NCBI GenBank assembly: GCA_035504215.1
Contig: DATJSI010000085.1
Coordinates: 5,984-69,983, forward strand
Source: Mycobacteriales bacterium
GTDB lineage: Bacteria; Actinomycetota; Actinomycetes; JAFAQI01
DNA: 64,000 bases
Direction of reading: 5' to 3'
Positions 55,449-64,000 of the stretch are shown here, piece by piece (position 1 is the stretch's first letter; each line of letters opens with the position of its first letter). The translations under genes and the position numbers were made by a program. The notes beneath the pieces are model-generated. The model searched no databases and was not told where the DNA came from. It saw only the letters and a list, made by a program, of their open reading frames with translations.

Positions 55449-56540
55449 CTACTTGTACGCGACCGCGTACATGCTCGCGAGCTTCAGCACCATGTCGAGG
55501 TACCAGACCGCGTGGTTGTAGTGCAGGATCGCCCCGTTCAGTGCGCCCGCGCCACGACCGGCGCCGTTCGCGCAGAGGTAGTGCGCGGCGGTGTAGATCG
55601 CGTCGGCGGGGTTCATGATGTTCTTCACGCCGTCGTGGTTGCCGTCCACGGCGTACGCCGCGAACGTCGCCGGCAAGAACTGCATCGGCCCCATGGCGCC
55701 CGCCGAAGACGTCGAGTCGTTGCGGCCGTGCCCACTCTCGACCTGACCGATCGCGGCGAGCACGGTCCAGGACAGCCCGGGGCAGGTCGTCGCCGCGCCG
55801 CGGTAGAGCGCGAGGAAGTGGGCGGACGGCGGCAGGATGTGCAGGCCGGCAATGCTCCGGTTCGTGATCGACGCGAAGTTCGAGCTCGCGGCGGCAAGTG
55901 CTGCTTCCGCGGCACGAACCGCGGCCAGCTGCTTGTCGGCGTGGCGCAGCAGCGCGGACTCCTCGGAGAGCAGGAGCTCGACCCGGTCGGCGGCGGCGGC
56001 GACCCCGCGCTCGGTGCCGATCTTGATGTGCTCGCGGTGCAGCGCCGCGTTGGCCGCCTGCAGCGCCTGTTGGGCCTGCGACGCGGCTGCATGGACGGTC
56101 GTGACCTGTGCATCGATCGCGCGCGAGGCCAGCTCGTTGCTGTCGAACAGGTTGGTGATGCTGCCCGACTTCAGCAGCGACGCATCGGCAGCCAGCGTGC
56201 CGCCCGACTCGTAGAGGGCCTGGATCCGGCTGACCAGCGAGGCTTGCGCGGCATCGGCCTGACCGGAGAGGTCGGCGCTGCGCTGATCGGCGCTGATCGA
56301 TGCGTTCACGCTGTCCTCGACGGCGCCGAAGGCCGCCGCGTAGCGGTGCTCCGCCGCGATCGCCTTCTTCTGCAGCCCGTGCACCTTCTTGAGCAGGGTC
56401 TGGACCTGTGCGCTGAGCTGACCCGAGGTCTCGGCCTGGGCCGGAGTGAGCACCAGGGGCCCGGCCGCGAAGACGCCGGCGGCGAGCATCGCGACTCCGG
56501 CGACGAGCGCGCGGCGACGCGTCGTGAAGGACCTCACCAA
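55449..56540 (-). CDS. secreted lytic transglycosylase (SLT domain) with N-terminal coiled-coil region
   Basis: Signal peptide. Long Ala/Gln-rich helical region. C-terminal ...CPGLSWTVLAAIGQVESGHGRN...GAMGPMQFLPATFAAYAVDGNHDG...ADAIYTAAHYLCANG. Start is TTG 56540 or GTG 56537. Confidence 0.8.
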   Translation of the reverse strand: MVRSFTTRRRALVAGVAMLAAGVFAAGPLVLTPAQAETSGQLSAQVQTLLKKVHGLQKKAIAAEHRYAAAFGAVEDSVNASISADQRSADLSGQADAAQASLVSRIQALYESGGTLAADASLLKSGSITNLFDSNELASRAIDAQVTTVHAAASQAQQALQAANAALHREHIKIGTERGVAAAADRVELLLSEESALLRHADKQLAAVRAAEAALAAASSNFASITNRSIAGLHILPPSAHFLALYRGAATTCPGLSWTVLAAIGQVESGHGRNDSTSSAGAMGPMQFLPATFAAYAVDGNHDGVKNIMNPADAIYTAAHYLCANGAGRGAGALNGAILHYNHAVWYLDMVLKLASMYAVAYK

Positions 56541-56623
56541 GGGGAATTCGGCTGAACGGCGGCACTACTGAAGCCAGCCGGCGAGTACCGTCAAAGCAGG
56601 GGCTCGACGGAGAAAGGCGACAA

Positions 56624-57649
56624 ATGGGACGGCGGCCGGGCGCTTTCGCTGCGTTGCTGGCCGCAGCCGCCGTCGGCCTCGCCGCCTGCGGGAGCACGGG
56701 CGGGCTGGCCTCGGTCAGCACCGATCCGGGCGGCACCAACAACCCACACCAGGCACCGGCCGCCGAGCTGTCCAGCGCCGTCACCAACCTCGGCGCGGGC
56801 ACTGCGCTCACCCTGACCGCGTCGGCGGTCGCCCCGGCCCGGCTGCTCGATCGGTACGGCCTGAAGGTGCTGGCCGGTGCCCGGCTTTCGGTCGAGCTGG
56901 TCGCCCCCAAGGGCAAGACGGTCGGCGACCTGAACGCTGCGAACGGGTCCTCGGCTTCGGTTGACCTGACGTTGCGTGCCGGCACCACGACGTACGTCGA
57001 GCTGCGCAGCATCGATCAGATGCTGTACCTGCGGGTCGACGTCAAGGACCTGCTGGCCGCAGTCGGGGACTCCGCGCGGTACGACGCGCTGGTCGCCAAG
57101 GCCGACGCGCTGTCCGACTTCGCTAAGGCGCTGGTCGGCGGGAAGTGGGTGTCCCTCCCACTCGCGTCGCTGAGCATGTTGCCTTTGCAGCGCTCGATTG
57201 GCTTCAACCCCCTTGCCGCTCTGCATGGCCTGCTCACCGACGGCGGGCACGTGACGCGAACCGCCACGGGTTCGACCGACCGGCTGGTCCTGCGCGAGCA
57301 GGTATCGGCGTTCGCCGCCGAGCTCCGCGTCTTGATGCATTCGTTCGCACCGCACCGACCCGCCCGGCTGCCCCGCCTACACGGGATCGCACACAGGTCG
57401 GTCACGTTGGATGCCGCGGTTCGTGAGGGCGCGCTCAGCTCGCTCACGGTGAACCTCGACCAGCTGGCACCGCATGCCCGCGTGGCCTGGCCGCTGACCG
57501 TCACCTTCGCGCGAAGCGGACCGGCAGTCATCAAGCCGTCGGGAGCGGTCGCGCCGGACCTCCCCGGCCTGCTCGGTCTCGCGAACCTCTTCGGCCAGGG
57601 CGGTGGCAACGGGATGAGCGGGCTGCTCGGCGGGTTGACCAGCAGCTGA
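56624..57649 (+). CDS. putative lipoprotein
   Basis: GGAGAAAGG RBS. Lipobox AAAVGLAAC. 341 aa with no family I recognise confidently. Confidence 0.6.
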   Translation: MGRRPGAFAALLAAAAVGLAACGSTGGLASVSTDPGGTNNPHQAPAAELSSAVTNLGAGTALTLTASAVAPARLLDRYGLKVLAGARLSVELVAPKGKTVGDLNAANGSSASVDLTLRAGTTTYVELRSIDQMLYLRVDVKDLLAAVGDSARYDALVAKADALSDFAKALVGGKWVSLPLASLSMLPLQRSIGFNPLAALHGLLTDGGHVTRTATGSTDRLVLREQVSAFAAELRVLMHSFAPHRPARLPRLHGIAHRSVTLDAAVREGALSSLTVNLDQLAPHARVAWPLTVTFARSGPAVIKPSGAVAPDLPGLLGLANLFGQGGGNGMSGLLGGLTSS

Positions 57650-57674
57650 GCCGGGAATCACCGGATACGGTGCA

Positions 57675-58982
57675 GTGGTGAGTGAGAGTGGCTTGACCGA
57701 GGCCGCCGAGGCAGAGGTCGTCGAGATCTGCCGGTCGCTGATCAGGATCGACTCATCGAACCCGACCAGCAACGAACGCAAGGTGGCGGAGTGGGTCGCC
57801 GAGCAGCTGACCGACGCCGGCCTCTCTCCACAGGTCCACGAGTCGGAGCCCGGCCGGGCGAGCGTCGTGGCGCGGTGGCCGGGTGCCGACTCGAGTCGTG
57901 AAGCGCTGCTCATCCACGGCCATCTTGACGTCGTACCGGCGAACGCCGACGACTGGCAGGTCGACCCGTTCGCCGCGGAGGTCCGCGACGGGTGCATTTG
58001 GGGGCGCGGCGCGGTCGACATGAAGGACATGGACGCGATGACGCTCGCCGTCCTTCGCGACTGGGTTCGCCAGGGCAAGCGGCCCCCACGCGACATCGTC
58101 CTCGCCTTCGTCGCGGACGAGGAGGCAGGCGGCGTGTACGGCGCGCACTTCCTCGTCGATCATCATGCGGATCTGTTCGAGGGCTGCACAGAGGCCGTCA
58201 GCGAGGTGGGCGGCTACTCGATGACGATCGGCGGCCGCCGGCTCTACGCGATTCAGACCGCGGAGAAAGGCATCGCCTGGCTGCGGCTGGTGGCCAAGGG
58301 GCGAGCGGGGCACGGCTCGATGCTCAATGACGACAATGCTGTGACCGCGGTTGCGGAGGCAGTGGCCCGGGTCGGTCGGCACAGCTTCCCGATCGAGCTC
58401 GGCCCGACCGTCACCGAGTTCCTCAAAGAGATCTGTGCGGCGCTGGAAATCGACTTCGACGAGAACGACGTCGAAAGCGCGCTCGACAAGCTCGGCCCGC
58501 TCGCGAAGATGATCGGCGCGACCGTCCGGCACACCGTCAATCCGACGATGCTCGAGGCCGGCTACAAGCAGAACGTCATCCCCGGCGTCGCCTACGCCTA
58601 CCTCGACGGCCGCTACCTGCCCGGCGGCGAGGACCAATTCATGGCGGAGATCTCTCGCCTGGCGGGGCCGGAGGTCGCGGTCGAGATCGTGCAGCGCCAG
58701 ATCGCCTACGAGACGACCTTCGACGGCGACCTGGTCGCGGCGATGTCGGCCGCCGTACTCGCGGAGGACCCCGACGGCCGCGTCGTGCCGTACTGCATGT
58801 CCGGTGGCACGGACGCGAAGTCCTTCTCGGAGCTGGGGATTCGATGCTTCGGTTTCTCGCCGCTGAAGCTCCCGGCCGACCTCGACTTCATGGGGCTGTT
58901 CCATGGCGTCGACGAGCGCGTGCCGATCGACGGCCTGCAGTTCGGCGTCCGCGCGCTCAGCCGCTTTCTCGCGACCTGCTGA
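57675..58982 (+). CDS. M20/M25/M40 family metallopeptidase (dipeptidase-like)
   Basis: 435 aa: ...LLIHGHLDVVPANADDWQVDPFAAEVRDGCIWGRGAVDMKDMDAM...VADEEAGGVYGAHFLV... Confidence 0.85.
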   Translation: MVSESGLTEAAEAEVVEICRSLIRIDSSNPTSNERKVAEWVAEQLTDAGLSPQVHESEPGRASVVARWPGADSSREALLIHGHLDVVPANADDWQVDPFAAEVRDGCIWGRGAVDMKDMDAMTLAVLRDWVRQGKRPPRDIVLAFVADEEAGGVYGAHFLVDHHADLFEGCTEAVSEVGGYSMTIGGRRLYAIQTAEKGIAWLRLVAKGRAGHGSMLNDDNAVTAVAEAVARVGRHSFPIELGPTVTEFLKEICAALEIDFDENDVESALDKLGPLAKMIGATVRHTVNPTMLEAGYKQNVIPGVAYAYLDGRYLPGGEDQFMAEISRLAGPEVAVEIVQRQIAYETTFDGDLVAAMSAAVLAEDPDGRVVPYCMSGGTDAKSFSELGIRCFGFSPLKLPADLDFMGLFHGVDERVPIDGLQFGVRALSRFLATC

Positions 58983-59175
58983 CGAGGGTGGACCGCACCC
59001 GCAAGATCGGGCGGCGCAACACGATCCTGCGGCGGCCGTCGGGGTAGAGCCGGAGCCGGGCGAGCTCCCAGCGGCCGTACTCTGCGGCATCGGTCAGCAA
59101 CCGCCGCGCCACGTTGCGCGAGACATGGCGCGGCAGATCCATCCGCTGGTACTCGTAGTCGACCACTGCGGCCAC
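58957..59175 (-). CDS. DUF5703-like small conserved actinobacterial protein
   Basis: 72 aa: ...YEYQRMDLPRHVSRNVARRLLTDAAEYGRWELARLRLYPDGRRRIVLRRPILRV. GTG at 59175. Its 3' end overlaps the M20 gene end by 26 nt. Confidence 0.65.
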   Translation of the reverse strand: MAAVVDYEYQRMDLPRHVSRNVARRLLTDAAEYGRWELARLRLYPDGRRRIVLRRPILRVRSTLVSRSRESG

Positions 59176-59215
59176 CGTAGCGCGCGGCGCCCGGCGTACC
59201 CATCGCCTTGCCGGG

Positions 59216-61090
59216 CTATCCCTGTTCGCGCAGGAGGGTCGCGAGCCGAGTTCGTCTCGGCCGCGCGCCTACCTCGCGAACGCCGTGCGTCAGCGCGGTG
59301 CCGGCCGCATGCACGACCGAGAGGTGGCGCTGCGCGCGGGTGAGCGCGGTGTAGACCAGCGGCCGGGACAGCATCCCGCTCGCCTCCGGCGGGAACACCG
59401 CGACGATGGCCGCCCACTCGGATCCCTGCGCCCGATGGACGGTCAATGCCCAGCCGTGCACCAGGTCGCCCAGCAGCTTGGCGGGCACGGCGACCGGACC
59501 GGCGCCGAAGTCGACCTGCAGCGCACCGTCGGCCACGTCGCCGACGACCCCGACCTCGCCATTGGCGAAGCCGTCGTCGAGATGGTTGGCGGTCGCCACG
59601 ACGCGGTCGCCGGCGTCGAATGCGCCGAGCGTGCCGGTGCCGGGGTTGAGGGCGGCCTTCAGCGCCGCGTTGAGCGCAACCGTGCCGGCCGCCCCGCGAT
59701 GGACGGGCGTCACGACCTGGATCTCACTCGCGGGGATCCCGAGCGCGCGCGGAATCGAATCCGTGACCAGCTGTTGGACCCGCCGGGCGGCGTCGCCACT
59801 GCCCTCGGCAGGTACGACGACGACCTCCCGGGTCGGGTCGTCGACCGCCGGAAGCTCGCCACGACGCACGGCGGAGGCCACCCTTGCGATCGAGCCACCT
59901 TCGGCCTGGCGATGCAGCGTCGTGAGCTCGGTCGCGGGGACCGCTCCCGCGTCGAGGACGTCGCCGAGCACCCGGCCGGGCCCGATCGACGGAAGCTGCG
60001 CGGGATCGCCGACCAGCAGCAGGTGCGTGGTATCGGCACACGCGGCGACGAGCGCCGCCGCCAGCTCCACGTCGAGCATCGACGCCTCGTCGACCACGAC
60101 GACGTCGGCGTCGAGCGGCCAACCCTCGCCGCGGACGAAGTCCCCGGTTCGGGCCCGGGCGCCGAGCAGGCGGTGCAGGGTCGACGCGGGTTCGCCGGTG
60201 AGCTCCTCGAGCCGCTTCGCCGCCCGCCCGGTCGGCGCCGCGAGGGCGATCCGTTTGCCGCGCTTGCGGCTCAGCTCGACGAGTGCACGAACGGTCCGGC
60301 TCTTGCCCGTGCCCGGGCCGCCGTGCAGGACGCTTACGCCGTGCGCGGCGACCGTTCTGATCGCGGCGTGCTGCGCAGGGTCGAGCTCGTCGGCAACGGC
60401 CGCGAGATCCGAGTCGTCCGCGATCGGCTGTGCAGTTGCCACGAGCCGCAGCAACCCCTCGGCGACGGTGTCCTCGGCGACCGCGTAGCGGAGCAGGGCG
60501 ATTGCCGGCGCCGCGTCCGGCTCGGCCTCCACGGCGTCGTACGCGACGACGGAGCCCTCATCCACCGCCGCCGCGATCGCCTGGGTCGGCTCAGGGATGT
60601 CGACCCCTGCCAGCGCCGCGATCGCGGTCGGCTCCGGCATCAGGGTGTGGCCGTCCCGGGCTGCGCGGCCCAGCGCCCACGCGGTGACGGCACGACCGCG
60701 CCGCGGATCCTCCTTGGTGGGACGCTCGTCGAGCGTCGCGATCGCGAAGCGGTCGGCCTCGCGCACCTCGACGCCGGGAACGCCGAGCAGCCGCCACGGG
60801 TCGCTGCGCAGCTCGTCGGGAGCCGCCCGCCCGTAGAGGTCGACCGCACCGAACGCGAGCCGAGCCGGCAGTCCCGCGGCAAACAGCAGTTCGGCAACCG
60901 CCAGTCGCGGACGTGCGTCGTCGAAGGCGCGGACCAGGCGCTGTGCCTTGGCGGCGGTCGTGATCGCGGTGAGCGCCTCGGGCGTCACGTCGTCGGGACC
61001 GTTGATGTGCGCGGCCGGGAGCTGGGCGGACAGCTTCCCGAGACCAGGCCACAGGCCGGCCGCACAGAACGCCTCGAACGCCGTATCCAC
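59216..61090 (-). CDS. RecD-like (SF1) ATP-dependent DNA helicase
   Basis: 624 aa. Walker A VLHGGPGTGKSRTV, Walker B VVVVDEASMLDV, C-terminal ...WALTVHRAQGSEW...LVYTALTRAQRHLSVV. Confidence 0.85.
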   Translation of the reverse strand: MDTAFEAFCAAGLWPGLGKLSAQLPAAHINGPDDVTPEALTAITTAAKAQRLVRAFDDARPRLAVAELLFAAGLPARLAFGAVDLYGRAAPDELRSDPWRLLGVPGVEVREADRFAIATLDERPTKEDPRRGRAVTAWALGRAARDGHTLMPEPTAIAALAGVDIPEPTQAIAAAVDEGSVVAYDAVEAEPDAAPAIALLRYAVAEDTVAEGLLRLVATAQPIADDSDLAAVADELDPAQHAAIRTVAAHGVSVLHGGPGTGKSRTVRALVELSRKRGKRIALAAPTGRAAKRLEELTGEPASTLHRLLGARARTGDFVRGEGWPLDADVVVVDEASMLDVELAAALVAACADTTHLLLVGDPAQLPSIGPGRVLGDVLDAGAVPATELTTLHRQAEGGSIARVASAVRRGELPAVDDPTREVVVVPAEGSGDAARRVQQLVTDSIPRALGIPASEIQVVTPVHRGAAGTVALNAALKAALNPGTGTLGAFDAGDRVVATANHLDDGFANGEVGVVGDVADGALQVDFGAGPVAVPAKLLGDLVHGWALTVHRAQGSEWAAIVAVFPPEASGMLSRPLVYTALTRAQRHLSVVHAAGTALTHGVREVGARPRRTRLATLLREQG

Positions 61091-61118
61091 CTGGGCGAGC
61101 GTAGGTGGTGATCCGGAC

Positions 61119-62102
61119 TCAGGAACCGAGTGCCGCCGGCCCCTCGGGATAACCCATGACCGGCGTCGAAATGTCGTCGAGCGCCCGGCGGATCTCGTCC
61201 GGCAGCACGGTGGCCTCGGCTTCGAGCGATGCCTTCAGCTGACCCGCGGTGCGGGCACCAACGATCGGCGCGACGACGCCGGGACGGTCACGGACCCAGG
61301 CGAGTGACACGGCGAGCGGGGAGACCCCGAGCCCGTCCGCGGCGGTGAGGACCGCCCCGACGATGCGGCTGGCCCGCTCGTCGAGGTACGGCGTGACGAA
61401 CCGGTTGTAGTCGGCGGTCGTCGCGCGCGACTCGGCCGGGGTGCCGCCCTGGTACTTGCCGGTCAGCACCCCGCGCCCGAGCGGAGACCAGGGCAGGATC
61501 CCGATCCATAGGTTGAGGGCGGCCGGGACGACCTCGCGCTCGATCCCGCGCTCGAGCAGCGAGTACTCGACCTGGGTCGAGGCGATCGTCGCGCGACCCG
61601 GCCAGGCGCGCTGCCACGCGGCCGCCTTTGCGGTCTGCCAGCCCGTGTAGTTGCTGATCCCGACATATCTCGTGCGGCCGGACGCCACCGCCGAGTCGAG
61701 CGCGCCGAGCGTTTCCTCGAGCGGCGTGCGCGGATCCCACGAATGCATCTGCCACAGGTCGACGTGATCGGTGTTCAGCCGCTTCAGCGATGCGTCGAGC
61801 GCATCGAGCAGGTGCCGGCGGGAGGCGTCGCGGTCGCGGTCTCCGCCGCGAACGCTGACCGCCTTCGTGGCGATGACGAGGTCTTCGCGGTTGACGACCG
61901 TGCCCAGCAGCCGGCCGAGGATTGCCTCGCTCTCGCCCTCGGCGTAGACGTCGGCGGTGTCGACCAGCGTGCCGCCGGCCTCGACAAAGGCAGCCAGCTG
62001 GTTCGAGGCGTCGTCCTCATCGGTGTCGCGCCCCCAGCCCATCGTGCCGAGCGCGAGGTGTGAGACGTAGAGACCGGTGCTGCCGAGCCGCCGCTGTTTC
62101 AT
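61119..62102 (-). CDS. aldo/keto reductase
   Basis: ATG 62102 inside track ORF 61119..62147: MKQRRLGSTGLYVSHLALGTMGWGRDTDEDDASNQLAAFVEAGGTLVDTADVYAEGESE... Confidence 0.85.
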   Translation of the reverse strand: MKQRRLGSTGLYVSHLALGTMGWGRDTDEDDASNQLAAFVEAGGTLVDTADVYAEGESEAILGRLLGTVVNREDLVIATKAVSVRGGDRDRDASRRHLLDALDASLKRLNTDHVDLWQMHSWDPRTPLEETLGALDSAVASGRTRYVGISNYTGWQTAKAAAWQRAWPGRATIASTQVEYSLLERGIEREVVPAALNLWIGILPWSPLGRGVLTGKYQGGTPAESRATTADYNRFVTPYLDERASRIVGAVLTAADGLGVSPLAVSLAWVRDRPGVVAPIVGARTAGQLKASLEAEATVLPDEIRRALDDISTPVMGYPEGPAALGS

Positions 62103-62182
62103 GGCCGGAGGGTATCCGCGGCACCGACGGGCATCGACCCGCGACACGGCCGCGGCCGGAACCGCCTCAGTAGGCTGCGCGA

Positions 62183-63232
62183 ATGCGACTCGGACTGAAC
62201 CTCGGCTACTGGGGCCTGGTGAGCGACGCGGACAACGTCGGGTTGGTCCAGGAGGCCGAGCGGCTCGGCTTCAGCTGTGTGTGGACCGCTGAGGCCTACG
62301 GGAGCGATGCCGCAACGGTCCTGACCTGGATCGCCGCGCACACGACGACGATCGACCTCGGCAGCGCGATCTTCCAGATCCCCGGCCGTACGCCGGCGAT
62401 GACCGCCATGACGGCCGCGACGATCGACACCTTGTCGGGCGGCCGGTTCCGGCTCGGCCTCGGGGTCTCCGGCCCACAGGTCTCCGAGGGCTGGCACGGC
62501 GTACGGTTCGACAAGCCGCTCGGCCGGACCCGGGAGTACATCGACATCGTCCGCCTCGCGCTGTCGCGGGAACGGGTGGCCTACGACGGCGAGCACTTCA
62601 CGCTCCCGCTGCCGGACGGCCCGGGCAAGGCCCTGAAGATGATCATCCATCCGGTCCGCGAGTACATGCCGATCTACCTGGCCGCGATCGGGCCGAAGAA
62701 CCTCGAGCTCGCGGGGGAGAAGTGCGACGGCTGGCTGGCGATCTTCTACGACCCGCAGTTCGCTCCCGAGCTGGTCGCGTCGATCGACGCGGGCAGGGCC
62801 AACGCGGGTCGTACCGATGCTCCGTTCGACATCGCACCGACCATGCCGGTGATCGTCGGGGACGACATCGGCGAAGCCGCCGGCCCGGCCCGCGGCTTTG
62901 CCGCGCTCTACATCGGCGGCATGGGCTCCCGGGAGCAGAACTTCTACAACCGGCTCGCCGCCCGGATGGGCTTCGAGGCCGAGGCGGCCACGATCCAGGA
63001 CCTGTACCTCGACCGCAAGTACGACGAGGCGGCCGCCGCGGTGCCGTTGGAGTTCATTGATCGGACCTCCCTGCTCGGGCCGGTCGAGCGGATCGCTGAC
63101 GGGATGCAGGCACTCGCCGCCTCCGGCGTCACGACCCTCAACATCAGCTGCTACGGCGCTACCCAGGACGACCGGATCGCGACCGTCCGGGCTGCTGCGC
63201 AGGCACTCGACAAGTCCGGCGTCGGCGAGTAG
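62183..63232 (+). CDS. LLM class F420-dependent oxidoreductase
   Basis: 349 aa: MRLGLNLGYWGLVSDADNVGLVQEAERLGFSCVWTAEAYGSDAATVLTWIAAHTTTIDLGSAIFQIPGRTPAMTAM... Confidence 0.85.
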   Translation: MRLGLNLGYWGLVSDADNVGLVQEAERLGFSCVWTAEAYGSDAATVLTWIAAHTTTIDLGSAIFQIPGRTPAMTAMTAATIDTLSGGRFRLGLGVSGPQVSEGWHGVRFDKPLGRTREYIDIVRLALSRERVAYDGEHFTLPLPDGPGKALKMIIHPVREYMPIYLAAIGPKNLELAGEKCDGWLAIFYDPQFAPELVASIDAGRANAGRTDAPFDIAPTMPVIVGDDIGEAAGPARGFAALYIGGMGSREQNFYNRLAARMGFEAEAATIQDLYLDRKYDEAAAAVPLEFIDRTSLLGPVERIADGMQALAASGVTTLNISCYGATQDDRIATVRAAAQALDKSGVGE

Positions 63233-63250
63233 CCGGCGGCGACGCGCACG

Positions 63251-63274
63251 ATGACGCGATGACGCGATGACCAC
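63251..63274 (+). repeat. tandem 8-nt repeat generating three stacked ATGs
   Basis: ATGACGCG ATGACGCG ATGACCAC at 63251-63274. The ATGs at 63251 and 63259 each open a 3-codon ORF (MTR-stop) whose TGA overlaps the next ATG (ATGA). The third ATG (63267) opens the phosphatase gene. Confidence 0.6.
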
Positions 63275-63962
63275 GGTTCTGCTGGTCCGGCACGGCGTGA
63301 CGGACGCCAACAACAGCGGGGTGCTGGCCGGCTGGACGGCCGGCGTGAGCCTCACCGACAAGGGTCGCGAGCAGGTCGGCGCCCTCGCGGCCCGCCTGGC
63401 CGGCGTACCGATCACCGCGATCGTCTCCAGCCCGTTGCCGCGCTGCCGCGAGACCGCGGACCTGCTGGCCGGCGGCCGTGAGCTCGAGGTCGACCTCGAC
63501 GAGCGGCTCGGTGAGGTCCGCTACGGCGACTGGGAGGGCCAGTCGCTGAAGACCCTTGCCAAAGACCCGCTTTGGAAGGTCGTGCAGAGCCATGCCAGCG
63601 CGGCACGCTTCCCTGGTGGCGAGGCCCTGCGCGAGACCCAGGACCGCGCGGTGGATGCGATCCGCAGCCGTAACCTCGCGCTCGGCGACGGCGCGACCTG
63701 GATCGCGGTCAGTCACGGGGACGTCATCAAGGCGGTCCTCGCCGACGCGCTGGGCATGCACCTCGACGCGTTTCAGCGGATCCAGGTTGACCCGGCCTCG
63801 GTGTCCGTCGTGCGCTACACCACGCTGCGCCCGTTCGTCCTGCGGATGAACGACACCGGTGGCGCGGTCGCCGACCTGATGCCCCCCAAACGCCGCGGCG
63901 GCCGCCGGCGCAGACCGAGCTCGGACGCCGCCGTCGGCGGCGGCGCCGGGGCCGCGACATAG
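63267..63962 (+). CDS. histidine phosphatase family protein (MSMEG_4193-type putative phosphomutase)
   Basis: 231 aa: MTTVLLVRHGVTDANNSGVLAGWTAGVSLTDKGREQV...SSPLPRCRETADLL... (RHG catalytic motif). Confidence 0.85.
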   Translation: MTTVLLVRHGVTDANNSGVLAGWTAGVSLTDKGREQVGALAARLAGVPITAIVSSPLPRCRETADLLAGGRELEVDLDERLGEVRYGDWEGQSLKTLAKDPLWKVVQSHASAARFPGGEALRETQDRAVDAIRSRNLALGDGATWIAVSHGDVIKAVLADALGMHLDAFQRIQVDPASVSVVRYTTLRPFVLRMNDTGGAVADLMPPKRRGGRRRRPSSDAAVGGGAGAAT

Positions 63963-63971
63963 GGTGATCGC

Positions 63972-64000
63972 GTGGCTGGTCGGGAGTTCGCGTTCGACCC
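63972..64000 (+). CDS. start of a further ORF (possibly DUF3090-like), truncated by window end
   Basis: GTG 63972 then AGREFAFDP. Only 9 codons are visible. The call rests on the usual DUF3090 neighbour of this phosphomutase family. Confidence 0.3.

Noticed and set aside
55348-57012. 554-aa minus-strand ORF covering the tRNA-Leu, the SLT gene and part of the lipoprotein gene.
   Set aside because: It reads through a tRNA gene and an intergenic region. The SLT frame (55449..56540) contains the recognisable catalytic motif; this frame does not.

Overview
This is a very GC-rich chromosomal segment with strong third-position G/C bias. Its gene content is typical of Actinomycetota: F420-type LLM oxidoreductases, an imuA'-imuB-dnaE2 mutasome, DUF3039/DUF4349/DUF5703 genes and an MSMEG_4193-type phosphomutase. 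I checked that the ORF track writes ATG, GTG and TTG starts all as 'M'. Many of its long ORFs are frame-shifted or antisense 'shadow' ORFs (Arg/Pro/Ala-rich), and I re-set many starts by hand.

Supported content, in order:
- tldD-pmbA and qor
- a leucine-catabolism-like block (acyl-CoA carboxylase beta and alpha subunits, acyl-CoA dehydrogenase, enoyl-CoA hydratase)
- an acetate module (satP-acs, plus LytS/LytTR-DUF485-actP)
- an ECF sigma/ZAS anti-sigma pair
- an SOS mutasome locus with two perfect LexA boxes
- cspA
- a long co-directional operon around a TupABC-type oxyanion importer
- a Mop/TOBE gene flanked by three c-di-GMP enzymes
- hut-pathway genes
- a tRNA-Leu(GAG) with orphan genes beside it
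- housekeeping genes (SLT, M20 peptidase, RecD-like helicase, AKRs)

Best candidate for an undescribed system: a MotA/ExbB-like proton channel plus a DUF2149 single-TM (ExbD-like) partner, translationally coupled inside the tungstate/molybdate ABC importer operon. Two surface beta-sandwich proteins are encoded just upstream (35386-41310).

Second candidate: a cysteine-less DUF222/HNH-like gene with its own LexA box, inserted between imuB and dnaE2 and separated from dnaE2 by 3 nt.

I saw no CRISPR array, rRNA, transposase or integrase. All family assignments come from reading the translations, not from database searches.
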